Shown one piece after another: positions 49,101 to 57,886 of a DNA stretch of 64,000 nucleotides. Below the pieces are notes generated by a model. The model worked only from the letters and a program-made list of their open reading frames with translations, had not been told where the DNA came from and did no database searches. Position 1 is the first letter of the stretch. Each line of letters begins with the position of its first letter. A program made the position numbers and the translations under genes. This stretch comes from an uncultured virus (IMG/VR IMGVR_UViG_3300044805_000534) (lineage: Duplodnaviria > Heunggongvirae > Uroviricota > Caudoviricetes). The stretch is from IMG/VR virus record IMGVR_UViG_3300044805_000534. One strand, given 5' to 3'.

Positions 49101-52100
49101 ATTTTTACTCCAAGTTATTTAAATAATGGAGTTATGACGCCTTGTGCAAGAACGCAATATAGATTTTCCCAAATTAAAAAAGACTCTGTGTCTGGCATTG
49201 CTAAATCTATATTTAAAGGAATTAAGTTTGTATTTAAAGAGGTCGTGCAAGATACAGTGGAACAAGAATTATCCGGCGCTCTTAAATATGTTAGAGAATC
49301 CAATCGTTTTAATAATTATCGTTTTACGTCAATCCTAAAGGTAATAGAAGAGACACCATACTCTGGTGAAAATCCTATTCAATTTAAATTTATTGAATCA
49401 CGAGACTTTAAATTTATTACGTTAATAGTTGAATTAAGAGTTAGCCGTAAATCAAATGCATTGGTGTCCAGTCCAACCGAATTACTTGTAACTAAAACCG
49501 GCGGCCTTTCTCAAAATGAACAGCATGTATTCAATAATATGCCAGCTTCATTTTCTGACTATAAACTTAATATAAATCAAATTAGTACGGCTAACGGGAT
49601 TCTATCAATTTCTGATATTACGTTAGCCTTTATGTATTATGCAAAAAACAAAAAGTATAATACACTAGCTAACAGTTACAGTAGCATAAATCTAGTAAAT
49701 AGTTTAGATTTATCAAGGCCGGCTGGATATGGAGACAGAGGGTTACCATTTGTATTTTCGTTAGATAAAGGCTCGGATATTCAAATAGCTGACGAGATTA
49801 ATAAAGTTAGCGTTAATAGTATGTTATCGTATAAAGACTCCACTATAATTAAAGTATTTGGTACAGCTAATCCAGAAGAATTTACGCTAGATTTTCCAAT
49901 TAATTCAAATGGACTCCTGTCAAGTGGAGAAGGTCAAGCCTTAACTACTATTACTCTTCCTGGAGGAACTTCACAAGGAATTACGACAACTGAAAATAAT
50001 GCATATGGTGTAGCTGGACTAAGTTTATATCCATTTATTAAAAACCGAATTATTACATCAAACAGTATTAAAGAATCATTTGTTAACCAAACTACAATAA
50101 TTGGAAGTGCTCTCAGTCCAGCTGTAACTGCTAGTGTAGAAGGAGGTTCTTCGATTATCACGCTAAGCTCAGCGCCAGCCACCTCAATTTTAATTGGATC
50201 TGAAGTTGAAATTGTTGGATGGAGTAAGCCTGGAACCAGAGTCAATTCAGTTAATGGCACAGCCGTAACCTTGTCCAAGGCAATTGTATCAAATATATCA
50301 AATCAAAGTCGGCCTGCCGCTATTACATCAGGTTCAGCTGACCTATATTTACAAGCCGATACAAATTTAGAATTAGCATCGTATGGTGATTCAACTGGTT
50401 TAAACTATAATGCGTCAAATAAAGTCTATGTAACAGGCACTGGTATTCCGGCCAATGCCTATGTAGTTAGCGTTAATAATGCTGCGCTTGATGCAAACGG
50501 CCAACTTATAACTAAAGTTACGTTATCGGCAGCTGCGACCTCAACTGGGTCAGCCGTTACTGTCAAATTTTTCCAAAAAAATTCGGCGGCGCCTATTAAT
50601 TTTTATCAATCGGATATTAGCCATGCGCTTGCTACACAAAACCGGGTAGCTTATGCAGGTACTACTTTATTAAACGTTATTGATATTTTAGAATTAAAAA
50701 ATACAGCTACTGGCGACACCGGATATACCTATCCAAATGCACAAGTACTGGCATCAGAAACAAATTCAGTCTTTAATATTTTAGCTTATCCAGGAGATGC
50801 AAACAAAAAACTTCTTAGAATAATTAAGCAAACTATCTATAGATTATCAAATGAATCTGGTATTTCGGAGATTTTGCCAAGTGGTGTTGTAATGAGATCT
50901 GACTCTGGAATTGGCGAACTTGCATTTACCGGTATTCCAACTGCACAAACTGTTTCAGGTGCAACAACCTTTAATATTGATAAAATTATTAAAAGAGAAT
51001 CAACTATCCCTGCGTTTGATACTAGTTATTGGGAATCAGTAAACTTTGCCCTTTTGCTTGGAGGAGAATCTTATTACAAAGGATTATTTAAGAGATTAAG
51101 TTTCAATGAGTTTAAGCGATCAATTGATAGAGGCCGAGATAATGTAACCTATACTACCTATTCAAACGGAGTAAAAACAACAAATGAGTTTTATATTGAA
51201 ATTGAAGAGGCTACCATTGTTGAAAAATTAAAGATACCAACTGTTTCACCAGTTAATCTACAATTAACGCAAGCCGAAACTACAAGTAAAAGACAGGCAT
51301 CCAACTTAGTTGGCTATACTGCAACTGAATCGTATTTACAAAATCCGGTTTTCCTAAGAAGACACGGTTCAACCTATTCTCCTATTTTTAGAGAAGTTAC
51401 CGCATTTATGCCAGATACAACTTTAAATTTAGAAATAGTTAAAGACGCAAATTGCAAATTTAATCCAAACGCAAATCGATTCTTTGAAGTAAAAGGATTT
51501 GAACATATCAAAGTTTCAGAAAAGAAAATTCTAGAGCTGGAAGGTAACGATAAGTATAAACCAATCTTTGAATTAATTGGAGAAACTCCAATCTCAAACG
51601 GTGACCTTTATTTACTTGCATCAAATTGGGACTATGGCTTCCATTTAGAATATATTAATAAAACTGATTCTATTCCAGCATACGGCACCCGACGTATAGC
51701 CGAAGATTCTTATTTTATGGCTAAACTTGCCTCGCTACCGACGTCTATTGAAATAGATTCACTTTCTTCTAGCGAAATACTGGAGTTTCCATCGATTTCG
51801 GCTGACTATATTAATAGAGAGGCTGACGTTTTATACAAAGTAAACACTAGCGACTCTCAAGTTGATATAAACTTAACTAATGTTTTTGCAGCAAAGGTCT
51901 TATCATTAGGCCTAGAATCTCAAATTTCAGGCAGCTTTGATATTGATACAACTGCTAGAAATCCAGAAATACTTGGATCATACGATTTTTCGTCATACGT
52001 TAAACAGTATGCAATCGAGAACATTTTACCTAACTATGCAATTGACCAACTTGTATTCTGGTACATAGAAGATAAGAGCCAGCCGACTGGCCTTGAAATT

Positions 52101-52259
52101 ATTACCAAAACCGCGGCAGAGCGCTATGCGTTAGGGTACAAGAAACTAGAAGGAGTCCAAATAAATATTAAAGACGGACGATCTGTTCAATTAAGAATTC
52201 CCTTAAAAACAACCGGTCGATTAAGTTTAATAATTGAACCAAAAATGAAATTTATCTAA
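46137..52259 (+). CDS. Very large virion structural protein, baseplate-associated
   Basis: 2040 aa (GTG start); two beta modules (V.GTGIPAN..V...VTLS.AAT) shared with the sheath insertion. Confidence 0.6.
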   Translation: MALSYKKITPFDTSFGLVRTNPKLTGNIKLVVDANQNLYFESIEASSELANDKYKAYPIDPTSNHDSNLYRFFSNGNTPESIVFGVKTNVALDSTSSNFADQYDFSEYFSGARYCISKNYSEKFKYFAPIYLNKEVPEKFVIFKIPGASHLPISETKASYPYAKAGHLKSILDGAQIIKTFDLGVDSHIGTYLKKMQSNPLFPSTTLNFPFNRGLLASYSGVAYKVGCYTEKFENLQDLIIGGKTITDFEEYVTLGYERNSVIYPNILNLEFLFDDTSDDFEFNRYFGIYCNTVELAELDFDLSDHAALALNSPTITDPNTYEYAQTPFTQTNENGLDLKFHAIPASVSSALSELDGAGIITLEDKLGNLHKVTQANILDSKLKISSKSIDLSLLHGPTETFMEDSADYTEGGIQSFIEISIDAIPNHLDQLRIYYPNGKATNQNSKRFETLTAVSNFSYNGSTLLGALALYNEYGPDQFYYSINVVQQEDLATQLQKIAESITEAINAIQNSGFKAFSYQNRIFIVVNTEGNVSLEYAAQYIPASSDLKITISDEPIFKKTAADLLGTSSSTTIDLTNSDYIVYGEASPSINQINYLFGTLIAEAGVKTLTFGIGNLDQTDIIGCQVVNFKPGSALSSHISVEGQYFNKLHTNKADILVQSPSGWVEIENIVKSIDYINTNTFTSEADKIKAVDYYDNNINVLTENGTEALLKFGLVQIKKKYKPTISALSIIPIKDFDFDHTDSQYASTQLSDVWKSAFIPEGINMINLGKSAYRVLNGSIKIGTSTYSDGDLIEKTVLPTVVKFEAINGDPFVIPALSLTTPTYDVELADNTPDILDFKGFFTITSDYAEVSPSKTVSYIYRDRFTSGKITSEYDSNYERFLIENAGKNRLVKYICKWGADGSLDSRSNPYRLNADLVFGVNNFSPEPNKVEPDSSLMTHEWFYIESLYDYINDITAASQNKLYFDTPFNPTLAVTQAGYFEDYFIFTPSYLNNGVMTPCARTQYRFSQIKKDSVSGIAKSIFKGIKFVFKEVVQDTVEQELSGALKYVRESNRFNNYRFTSILKVIEETPYSGENPIQFKFIESRDFKFITLIVELRVSRKSNALVSSPTELLVTKTGGLSQNEQHVFNNMPASFSDYKLNINQISTANGILSISDITLAFMYYAKNKKYNTLANSYSSINLVNSLDLSRPAGYGDRGLPFVFSLDKGSDIQIADEINKVSVNSMLSYKDSTIIKVFGTANPEEFTLDFPINSNGLLSSGEGQALTTITLPGGTSQGITTTENNAYGVAGLSLYPFIKNRIITSNSIKESFVNQTTIIGSALSPAVTASVEGGSSIITLSSAPATSILIGSEVEIVGWSKPGTRVNSVNGTAVTLSKAIVSNISNQSRPAAITSGSADLYLQADTNLELASYGDSTGLNYNASNKVYVTGTGIPANAYVVSVNNAALDANGQLITKVTLSAAATSTGSAVTVKFFQKNSAAPINFYQSDISHALATQNRVAYAGTTLLNVIDILELKNTATGDTGYTYPNAQVLASETNSVFNILAYPGDANKKLLRIIKQTIYRLSNESGISEILPSGVVMRSDSGIGELAFTGIPTAQTVSGATTFNIDKIIKRESTIPAFDTSYWESVNFALLLGGESYYKGLFKRLSFNEFKRSIDRGRDNVTYTTYSNGVKTTNEFYIEIEEATIVEKLKIPTVSPVNLQLTQAETTSKRQASNLVGYTATESYLQNPVFLRRHGSTYSPIFREVTAFMPDTTLNLEIVKDANCKFNPNANRFFEVKGFEHIKVSEKKILELEGNDKYKPIFELIGETPISNGDLYLLASNWDYGFHLEYINKTDSIPAYGTRRIAEDSYFMAKLASLPTSIEIDSLSSSEILEFPSISADYINREADVLYKVNTSDSQVDINLTNVFAAKVLSLGLESQISGSFDIDTTARNPEILGSYDFSSYVKQYAIENILPNYAIDQLVFWYIEDKSQPTGLEIITKTAAERYALGYKKLEGVQINIKDGRSVQLRIPLKTTGRLSLIIEPKMKFI

Positions 52260-52261
52260 AG

Positions 52262-53875
52262 ATGCCAGCACAATTAAATCTTAAAGAGGTTTTTACAACA
52301 GATAGCCAAGCCGTATTGTCAGACAAACTAAATTTTAACTTTACTAAGTTAATTGAATTAGGAATAGGCGATATTGGCCCAAGCGGCCCTGCCGGTGCGA
52401 TAGGCGGAATCGGCCCAGCTGGTCAAGTTGGACCTAGAGGAGCAAAGGGCTCTAGAATATTTAGTGGATCAGACCAAACCACCAACACAACCGCAATAGT
52501 TGACGATATTTTTATTACAACCGGCGGTATATTTTATAATAAAACGGCAACCGCGTGGTCTCAAATATTTAACATAAACGATCTTTTAGCAGTATCGACT
52601 GAGTTCTTTTTAAATAAACAATTATTTACAATTAGTGACACTGATACTACCTTTACTGCAAGTACTAAAAAGAAAAATTATGGAATAGTAAGATTTTTAA
52701 AAAATGCTGGAGCAGACTTAGCTGTCGTCAACCCGGATGGAATAAATTATGGAAGTTCTGCATCAACTTATAATAACTCAACCCTATTTTTAAATAACTT
52801 TGATTTAGACAAATACCAAGCTAACTTTGTTGCAAACGGAAGTGTTGATGCACTAATTACTGATGTTAGTAAAGCAATTACAACAATATATTCAAATTTT
52901 GTAACTACCTCAGATGAATCTGCAAGTCGTTATCATATTCAATTAGGTTCGCTATACAAGTTACCAAACGGTCAGCACCAAATGAGTTTTTCTGAGAATA
53001 ATCTTAGAATAAAACATGCGCTAATAAACAATACGTCAGCGAGTCCATCTGTTTCTTACTTTCTTTCAGAATTTAATGTAGGTGGAGATTCATCGTATAC
53101 TAATTCAGTTAATGGTGCAACATCAGCCTTTAAGTTTAGAGCATCTCAAATGGACGGCTCAGCCCACAATGGAGTTACGCTATATACTGGAGGATCTTCT
53201 GCAATTAAAAGCTTTGCCGAAAACGACGCGGTATTTGATATAAATGGACTTTTGCTTGAACGCGCAACTGCTTCTGGTAAAACTCGTCTTTCGCTTGGAA
53301 TAAATTCTTCAAATGCGTCATATCTTATTACAAAAGCTGCATTTGATATTTGTGCAACTGGTGATATTTCAATTGGAGTATTTGGAACCGCGTTAGGCGA
53401 TACTAAGAAAATTATCGCTAAGCGATTTGGCGCAACTGAAAAAACAACTGCTCTTGGTGTTGGAGGTACCCCCAATTCATCATTAACTGTATATGGAACT
53501 AAGAGTATAGCATCGGCAGTTTCCGATACCCGATATTTGGCAGACCAAGTTAACCTTGGAACAATGACCAAAAATAGTTTACCTTTGTCTGGTAGCGGGC
53601 TAACCGAATTATTTGTACCAAGGCAGCCAAATTTAAGTGTTACTGGTAGTGCTGCAACAGCGGCTGGCCTCGCAAGTTATTTAGGATTTAATTCATATTT
53701 TGATGATAATGGAAATATGAACTTTACATATAGAGATGATAGTCCGGCAGGTACGTCTGGAACAGGTTCAGCTTTTATTACAACCCGAGATGGTAGCATG
53801 CACTTTGTTGCATATTCAAATGATCCAGCTCTAGTTGATACTAACTCCGGATCAAATTCAAACGAATCAGTATAA
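52262..53875 (+). CDS. Fibre-like protein with short collagen repeat
   Basis: N-terminal LNFNF anchor motif, then GDIGPSGPAGAIGGIGPAGQVGPRGAKG (Gly-X-Y) and beta-rich body. Confidence 0.65.
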   Translation: MPAQLNLKEVFTTDSQAVLSDKLNFNFTKLIELGIGDIGPSGPAGAIGGIGPAGQVGPRGAKGSRIFSGSDQTTNTTAIVDDIFITTGGIFYNKTATAWSQIFNINDLLAVSTEFFLNKQLFTISDTDTTFTASTKKKNYGIVRFLKNAGADLAVVNPDGINYGSSASTYNNSTLFLNNFDLDKYQANFVANGSVDALITDVSKAITTIYSNFVTTSDESASRYHIQLGSLYKLPNGQHQMSFSENNLRIKHALINNTSASPSVSYFLSEFNVGGDSSYTNSVNGATSAFKFRASQMDGSAHNGVTLYTGGSSAIKSFAENDAVFDINGLLLERATASGKTRLSLGINSSNASYLITKAAFDICATGDISIGVFGTALGDTKKIIAKRFGATEKTTALGVGGTPNSSLTVYGTKSIASAVSDTRYLADQVNLGTMTKNSLPLSGSGLTELFVPRQPNLSVTGSAATAAGLASYLGFNSYFDDNGNMNFTYRDDSPAGTSGTGSAFITTRDGSMHFVAYSNDPALVDTNSGSNSNESV

Positions 53876-53889
53876 AATATACATAACAC

Positions 53890-54930
53890 ATGAAAACATT
53901 AAGTTTATCAAATATACTTAAAGCAGTTAAGTTTACCGTTACCAGAGATGGCAGAATGGCGGCTGGAAAATTTAACTATTATGAAGATGCAACCATGGAT
54001 GCAGTTCTTTCTAATCCAACTTCGCACTTCATGCTTAATGGATCGCTAAGCTTACCGAATGTTGCATACTTCGGCAGTGAAAAATCAGGCCTATTAGAGT
54101 TAACTAACGGTCATTATGGAGTATATGTTGGATCAACTAGTGCAATTACTGGTATTACTTTACCATCGCCTACTGCAAGCGTTCTACACAGAACATATGT
54201 TTTGACTAACCAAAAAAGTTCGACCCTTGCTGTTAAATTTACAAGTGGAGGAACCGAAACAACTGTAGTTACACTATCGGCCCTGCCTTCAACTAGCGCG
54301 GCAATTACAACCGTTGCAAATTTACCAATTAATTCAGTGGTAGTTCAGTGTCAACGTACATCACGTGCCTTAGCTACTCCTCAGACCTATACTTGGAGAA
54401 TTATTTCTGCAAACTATGCCCCAGCAGTTGGAGCATCTGCATCAGCTGCTACATATAATGGAGGTATTTTTAAAGTAAATCTGCTTAAAACAAACTTGTC
54501 GTCAATTTCATCGAGTACACTATCTCAATATATTACAATTACGCTAAACGGAGCTTCGGGTAGCCCGCAATCGGGTAACTCTAATCAAATTATTAGACAA
54601 TTTACAAGTGGTCAAAATGTAAGTGTATCAATATCTTCATCTCTTCCTTCTGGATATTCGTTTTCATATTGGCAAAAGAAGTCGCCTTTACCAGTTAGTA
54701 CAACTTCAACGAGTCAACCATTTACTCAAGAACTTGCAGATGCAATTAGTGTAGGCAACACAACTATTACTGAGATTGACTTAGTGTTTAGCTATACTGC
54801 ACCTGTTACGAGCCAAACTTATACATACAGCGGCGGCAACAGTTACAGCAGTTACAGCAGTGGAGGTTCTGGTCAATACTCTGAATCTTCTGGCGGTGGT
54901 TACAATACCATGTTCCAATATTTCCAATAA
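53890..54930 (+). CDS. Fibre-associated structural protein
   Basis: 346 aa, Ser/Thr-rich; ITLPSP...RTYVLTN fibre-tip-like pattern; Gly/Ser/Tyr tail. Confidence 0.5.
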   Translation: MKTLSLSNILKAVKFTVTRDGRMAAGKFNYYEDATMDAVLSNPTSHFMLNGSLSLPNVAYFGSEKSGLLELTNGHYGVYVGSTSAITGITLPSPTASVLHRTYVLTNQKSSTLAVKFTSGGTETTVVTLSALPSTSAAITTVANLPINSVVVQCQRTSRALATPQTYTWRIISANYAPAVGASASAATYNGGIFKVNLLKTNLSSISSSTLSQYITITLNGASGSPQSGNSNQIIRQFTSGQNVSVSISSSLPSGYSFSYWQKKSPLPVSTTSTSQPFTQELADAISVGNTTITEIDLVFSYTAPVTSQTYTYSGGNSYSSYSSGGSGQYSESSGGGYNTMFQYFQ

Positions 54931-54933
54931 CAA

Positions 54934-55734
54934 TTAAGTTAAGGATCTAAGCTTATACGGGATCACCTGGCCTCTTTCTAACATGGACTTAATATCCAAT
55001 AAGATGTTTGAATTGAAGCCACTAGAGTGATTCAGAAGTTTATTAGCAACAATTGTAGCTAACGCTAGTTCAAATAGAGTTTCGTCTTTAATTTTCTTTA
55101 CTGAAGATAATACCATGACATTTTTCTTAGCTGAAAAATCTGTAATTTCTGGCTTAACTTGACCTAATAGTTCGCTAAATTCGCCGTCTTCACATGAAAA
55201 TTCGTTTATTTCAATTAGGTGATTTGCTTTAATCATAAAGGGTACACCTTTCTCTTTGGTAATTTTCCAAATGTGATTAAGTTTAGCTCTATTTTGTGTA
55301 GTTGCAACATAAATCGAATCTAACTTGTGAAATTTTGCTGAATTAAAGTAGAGTCGAGTATAGGCTAGTCGATCTAACATAATATCTAAATATTCAGTAA
55401 GAACTTCTGCTAGAATGGTTGAGGACATTCTTAAGATTTCTCCGCCATACTCTTCCCGGTTTCGGGTTAAAGATGCAATAATTTCCATTACGTGACGATC
55501 GTCCTTTTTAAAATTATAGGCAGAGTCGAAAACGCCCCTATCAACAATAACTGTATTTAAATTTAGGTAGTGAAATAGGATTTCGTGGAATCTAGTAAAA
55601 GATCCAGCTTTAAGATCCGCAAGATACTTTTGTTTAGCACCAAGCATAACGTAATTATAATATTCAAGGTCAACATATTTAGAATTTGCCAGCCATAGTG
55701 GATCCAGGACTGGCACATTTAGGTTAGTCTTCAT
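54934..55734 (-). CDS. Hypothetical protein, lone minus-strand gene in the structural cluster
   Basis: 266 aa ORF with its own ATAAATA motif at 55754-55760 (minus strand). Confidence 0.7.
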   Translation of the reverse strand: MKTNLNVPVLDPLWLANSKYVDLEYYNYVMLGAKQKYLADLKAGSFTRFHEILFHYLNLNTVIVDRGVFDSAYNFKKDDRHVMEIIASLTRNREEYGGEILRMSSTILAEVLTEYLDIMLDRLAYTRLYFNSAKFHKLDSIYVATTQNRAKLNHIWKITKEKGVPFMIKANHLIEINEFSCEDGEFSELLGQVKPEITDFSAKKNVMVLSSVKKIKDETLFELALATIVANKLLNHSSGFNSNILLDIKSMLERGQVIPYKLRSLT

Positions 55735-55809
55735 GGTGCCGAATCTTTATTGATATTTATTTAAGTTAGCGACCAGGCTAAACTTGGATAAATAAAAAGA
55801 AAGCGCCAT
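55733..55809. promoter_or_regulatory. Divergent pair of putative late promoters in a quasi-palindrome
   Basis: TATTTAT (55754-55760) and ATAAATA (55788-55794) are mirror parts of a long imperfect inverted repeat. Confidence 0.65.
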
Positions 55810-55814
55810 CTGTA

Positions 55815-57878
55815 ATGCAGACAGTTACCCTAAAGCTTATTCCGGAGACTTCCAAATCAAGTCTGACATTCAGCAGTAACTATAGACTATTTTCAACAAA
55901 GGATCCTTTACCGGGAGCCTATTCGATTACAAGTTTTACTGACGATGTTGACTTAAATGGCAATAACCAAAACTATCTAAGTAAAAAATTTAGATATTCG
56001 ACAGATCGTGGAAACTGGTCTCTGTGGTACGATATTGCAGACATTGCCGCACTTGCTTTTAATAATGCTGATCTATTTGTTGAATTAAAATATGAATACA
56101 ATAATACAACTAGGAATCAGCTTACTAATCCAATTGTTGTAAATGAAATTAAATTTAAAATTGTTGCAGCAGATTCTGTTCCAAGCCTATTTACACCAAG
56201 CATAGTTTGTAGCGATGAGGTTTGTCCAGCTCTTATTTCAACTGGCACCATGTCGTTTAATCCATATGCTGCAGACCAGGCTGTAAATATTTTTAAACAA
56301 TTAAGCTTTAATACTAACAAATTATTTGGACATGAGGTTGTTTACTTTAAAACCGAACCAGATAGAGACTCTGCGGACTACGTGTTCAAGGAGTGGACTC
56401 TATTCAAAACAATTAGCAGAAAATGCATTAAGGTGCTTGTACCCGGAAATAAATTTCCAGATAATAAGCCTACATACGCAGAGTTTGGTGTGGATTTTGA
56501 AATGCCATTCGAAATCCATATTGATAACCAATATTTCCAAACGATCTTTGGCGCAGCGTCGAATCCTCGCAAAAAGGATTTCCTCTATTTTCCATTAACT
56601 AACAGAATGTACGAGATTCAGGGTACATACCTATATCGTGGAATTATGCAGGAGCCAGTTTATTGGAAAATTCAATTGGTTAAGTTTCAGCCAAATATTG
56701 ATATGATGATGAAAGCGGAAGACCGAACTTTCTTGGATAATATTATTACCAGCACAGATGAATTATTTGCAGATCAAATGATTGACGAAGTTAAGGATGC
56801 AACAATGCCTCAGCAATTTAAAACGATTTCAACCCGTTTTGATGAAACCCGTAAGGCACTACACCCAGATCTTAAAATCAAGCAATTGACCCTAACCTAC
56901 AACTATTCTCCACTAATTCAATATTATTATGAAAGTAAGAGTGTGCCAAGTTTACCTATTACAGTTACACCAAAAACCTCAAATTTTACAAAGGATTCGG
57001 TTAAATATGAAGATGCTGCAACTAAATATACCTTAATTGCATATGAAGAATCTGAACTATTTTCCTTATGGGCTGGCTATAAATTAACAACATATGACTT
57101 AAGTAATGGCGCTCCAATTAAAATTAGAGGCCCATATAATTCAAACGATCCACTGCTTGGCCGATATATTAAAATTGACAGATATGCTGACTCTAATTTC
57201 TTTACACCAAACCAATTAGCGTTTGAGCCAGATACAAATGGCCGTGTACATATTTTAACCAGAGACTATAGTGTTGTCTATAATGAAATTGGAAAATTAG
57301 GAGAAGACAAATCTAATATGACTTACTTTGCGCTATTTAAAATTAATGCCCTAACCGATTCAATTAGTTTTATTGATGCATACGATAATAATTTATCACA
57401 AGGATTAAAGTTAGATGGTACTTCAATTGCAATTAATAATTCAACTGATAAAAACGTTTCAATTAGGCTTGAAATAAATTCGACCTTAACTCAATTTAAT
57501 ACAGTTAGATTAGAAATTGATAAGTGGTATGCAATATTTGTGCCAGTCTCTAGTCAATTTAAACAAACTGCCCTAACTATATATGGATTTAATCAGGATC
57601 CAGCGAATTTAAATAATTTTAATGATATTTCTCAAATCCATACTTCAGCGAAAACCTTGACTGGTGCAAGTTCATTTAGTTTTTCAATTAACGAAAACTT
57701 TAGACTAGTATCATCACCAATTGATATTGCAAATATAAGACTCTTTAATACAATGGTTCAAGAGGAGGACCATGATTTTGTAATTAGTCAGTTATTCATT
57801 AAAGATGAATCAATTTTACGTATAATTGATAACTGCCGTCCAAGATTAAATATTCCTTATATTGGTATAAACAGATAA
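55815..57878 (+). CDS. Neck/head-closure protein (T4 gp14-like core) with N- and C-terminal extensions
   Basis: FGHEVVYF, FGVDFEMPFEIHI and PRKKDFLYFPLTNRMYEI resemble gp14; C-terminal LamG-like DKWYAIFV ... IANIRLFN. Confidence 0.65.
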   Translation: MQTVTLKLIPETSKSSLTFSSNYRLFSTKDPLPGAYSITSFTDDVDLNGNNQNYLSKKFRYSTDRGNWSLWYDIADIAALAFNNADLFVELKYEYNNTTRNQLTNPIVVNEIKFKIVAADSVPSLFTPSIVCSDEVCPALISTGTMSFNPYAADQAVNIFKQLSFNTNKLFGHEVVYFKTEPDRDSADYVFKEWTLFKTISRKCIKVLVPGNKFPDNKPTYAEFGVDFEMPFEIHIDNQYFQTIFGAASNPRKKDFLYFPLTNRMYEIQGTYLYRGIMQEPVYWKIQLVKFQPNIDMMMKAEDRTFLDNIITSTDELFADQMIDEVKDATMPQQFKTISTRFDETRKALHPDLKIKQLTLTYNYSPLIQYYYESKSVPSLPITVTPKTSNFTKDSVKYEDAATKYTLIAYEESELFSLWAGYKLTTYDLSNGAPIKIRGPYNSNDPLLGRYIKIDRYADSNFFTPNQLAFEPDTNGRVHILTRDYSVVYNEIGKLGEDKSNMTYFALFKINALTDSISFIDAYDNNLSQGLKLDGTSIAINNSTDKNVSIRLEINSTLTQFNTVRLEIDKWYAIFVPVSSQFKQTALTIYGFNQDPANLNNFNDISQIHTSAKTLTGASSFSFSINENFRLVSSPIDIANIRLFNTMVQEEDHDFVISQLFIKDESILRIIDNCRPRLNIPYIGINR

Positions 57879-57886
57879 CATAAACT

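Noticed and set aside
52160..52168. ATAAATA inside the end of the 2040-aa gene as an internal late promoter
   Set aside because: About 95 nt from the next start, unlike the 7-25 nt seen elsewhere, and expected by chance in AT-rich coding DNA
54840..54861. Short tandem repeat CAGTTACAG x2 at the 3' end of a fibre-associated gene, as a possible diversity-generating variable region
   Set aside because: Explained by Ser/Tyr/Gly low-complexity coding; no template repeat or reverse transcriptase seen in the window
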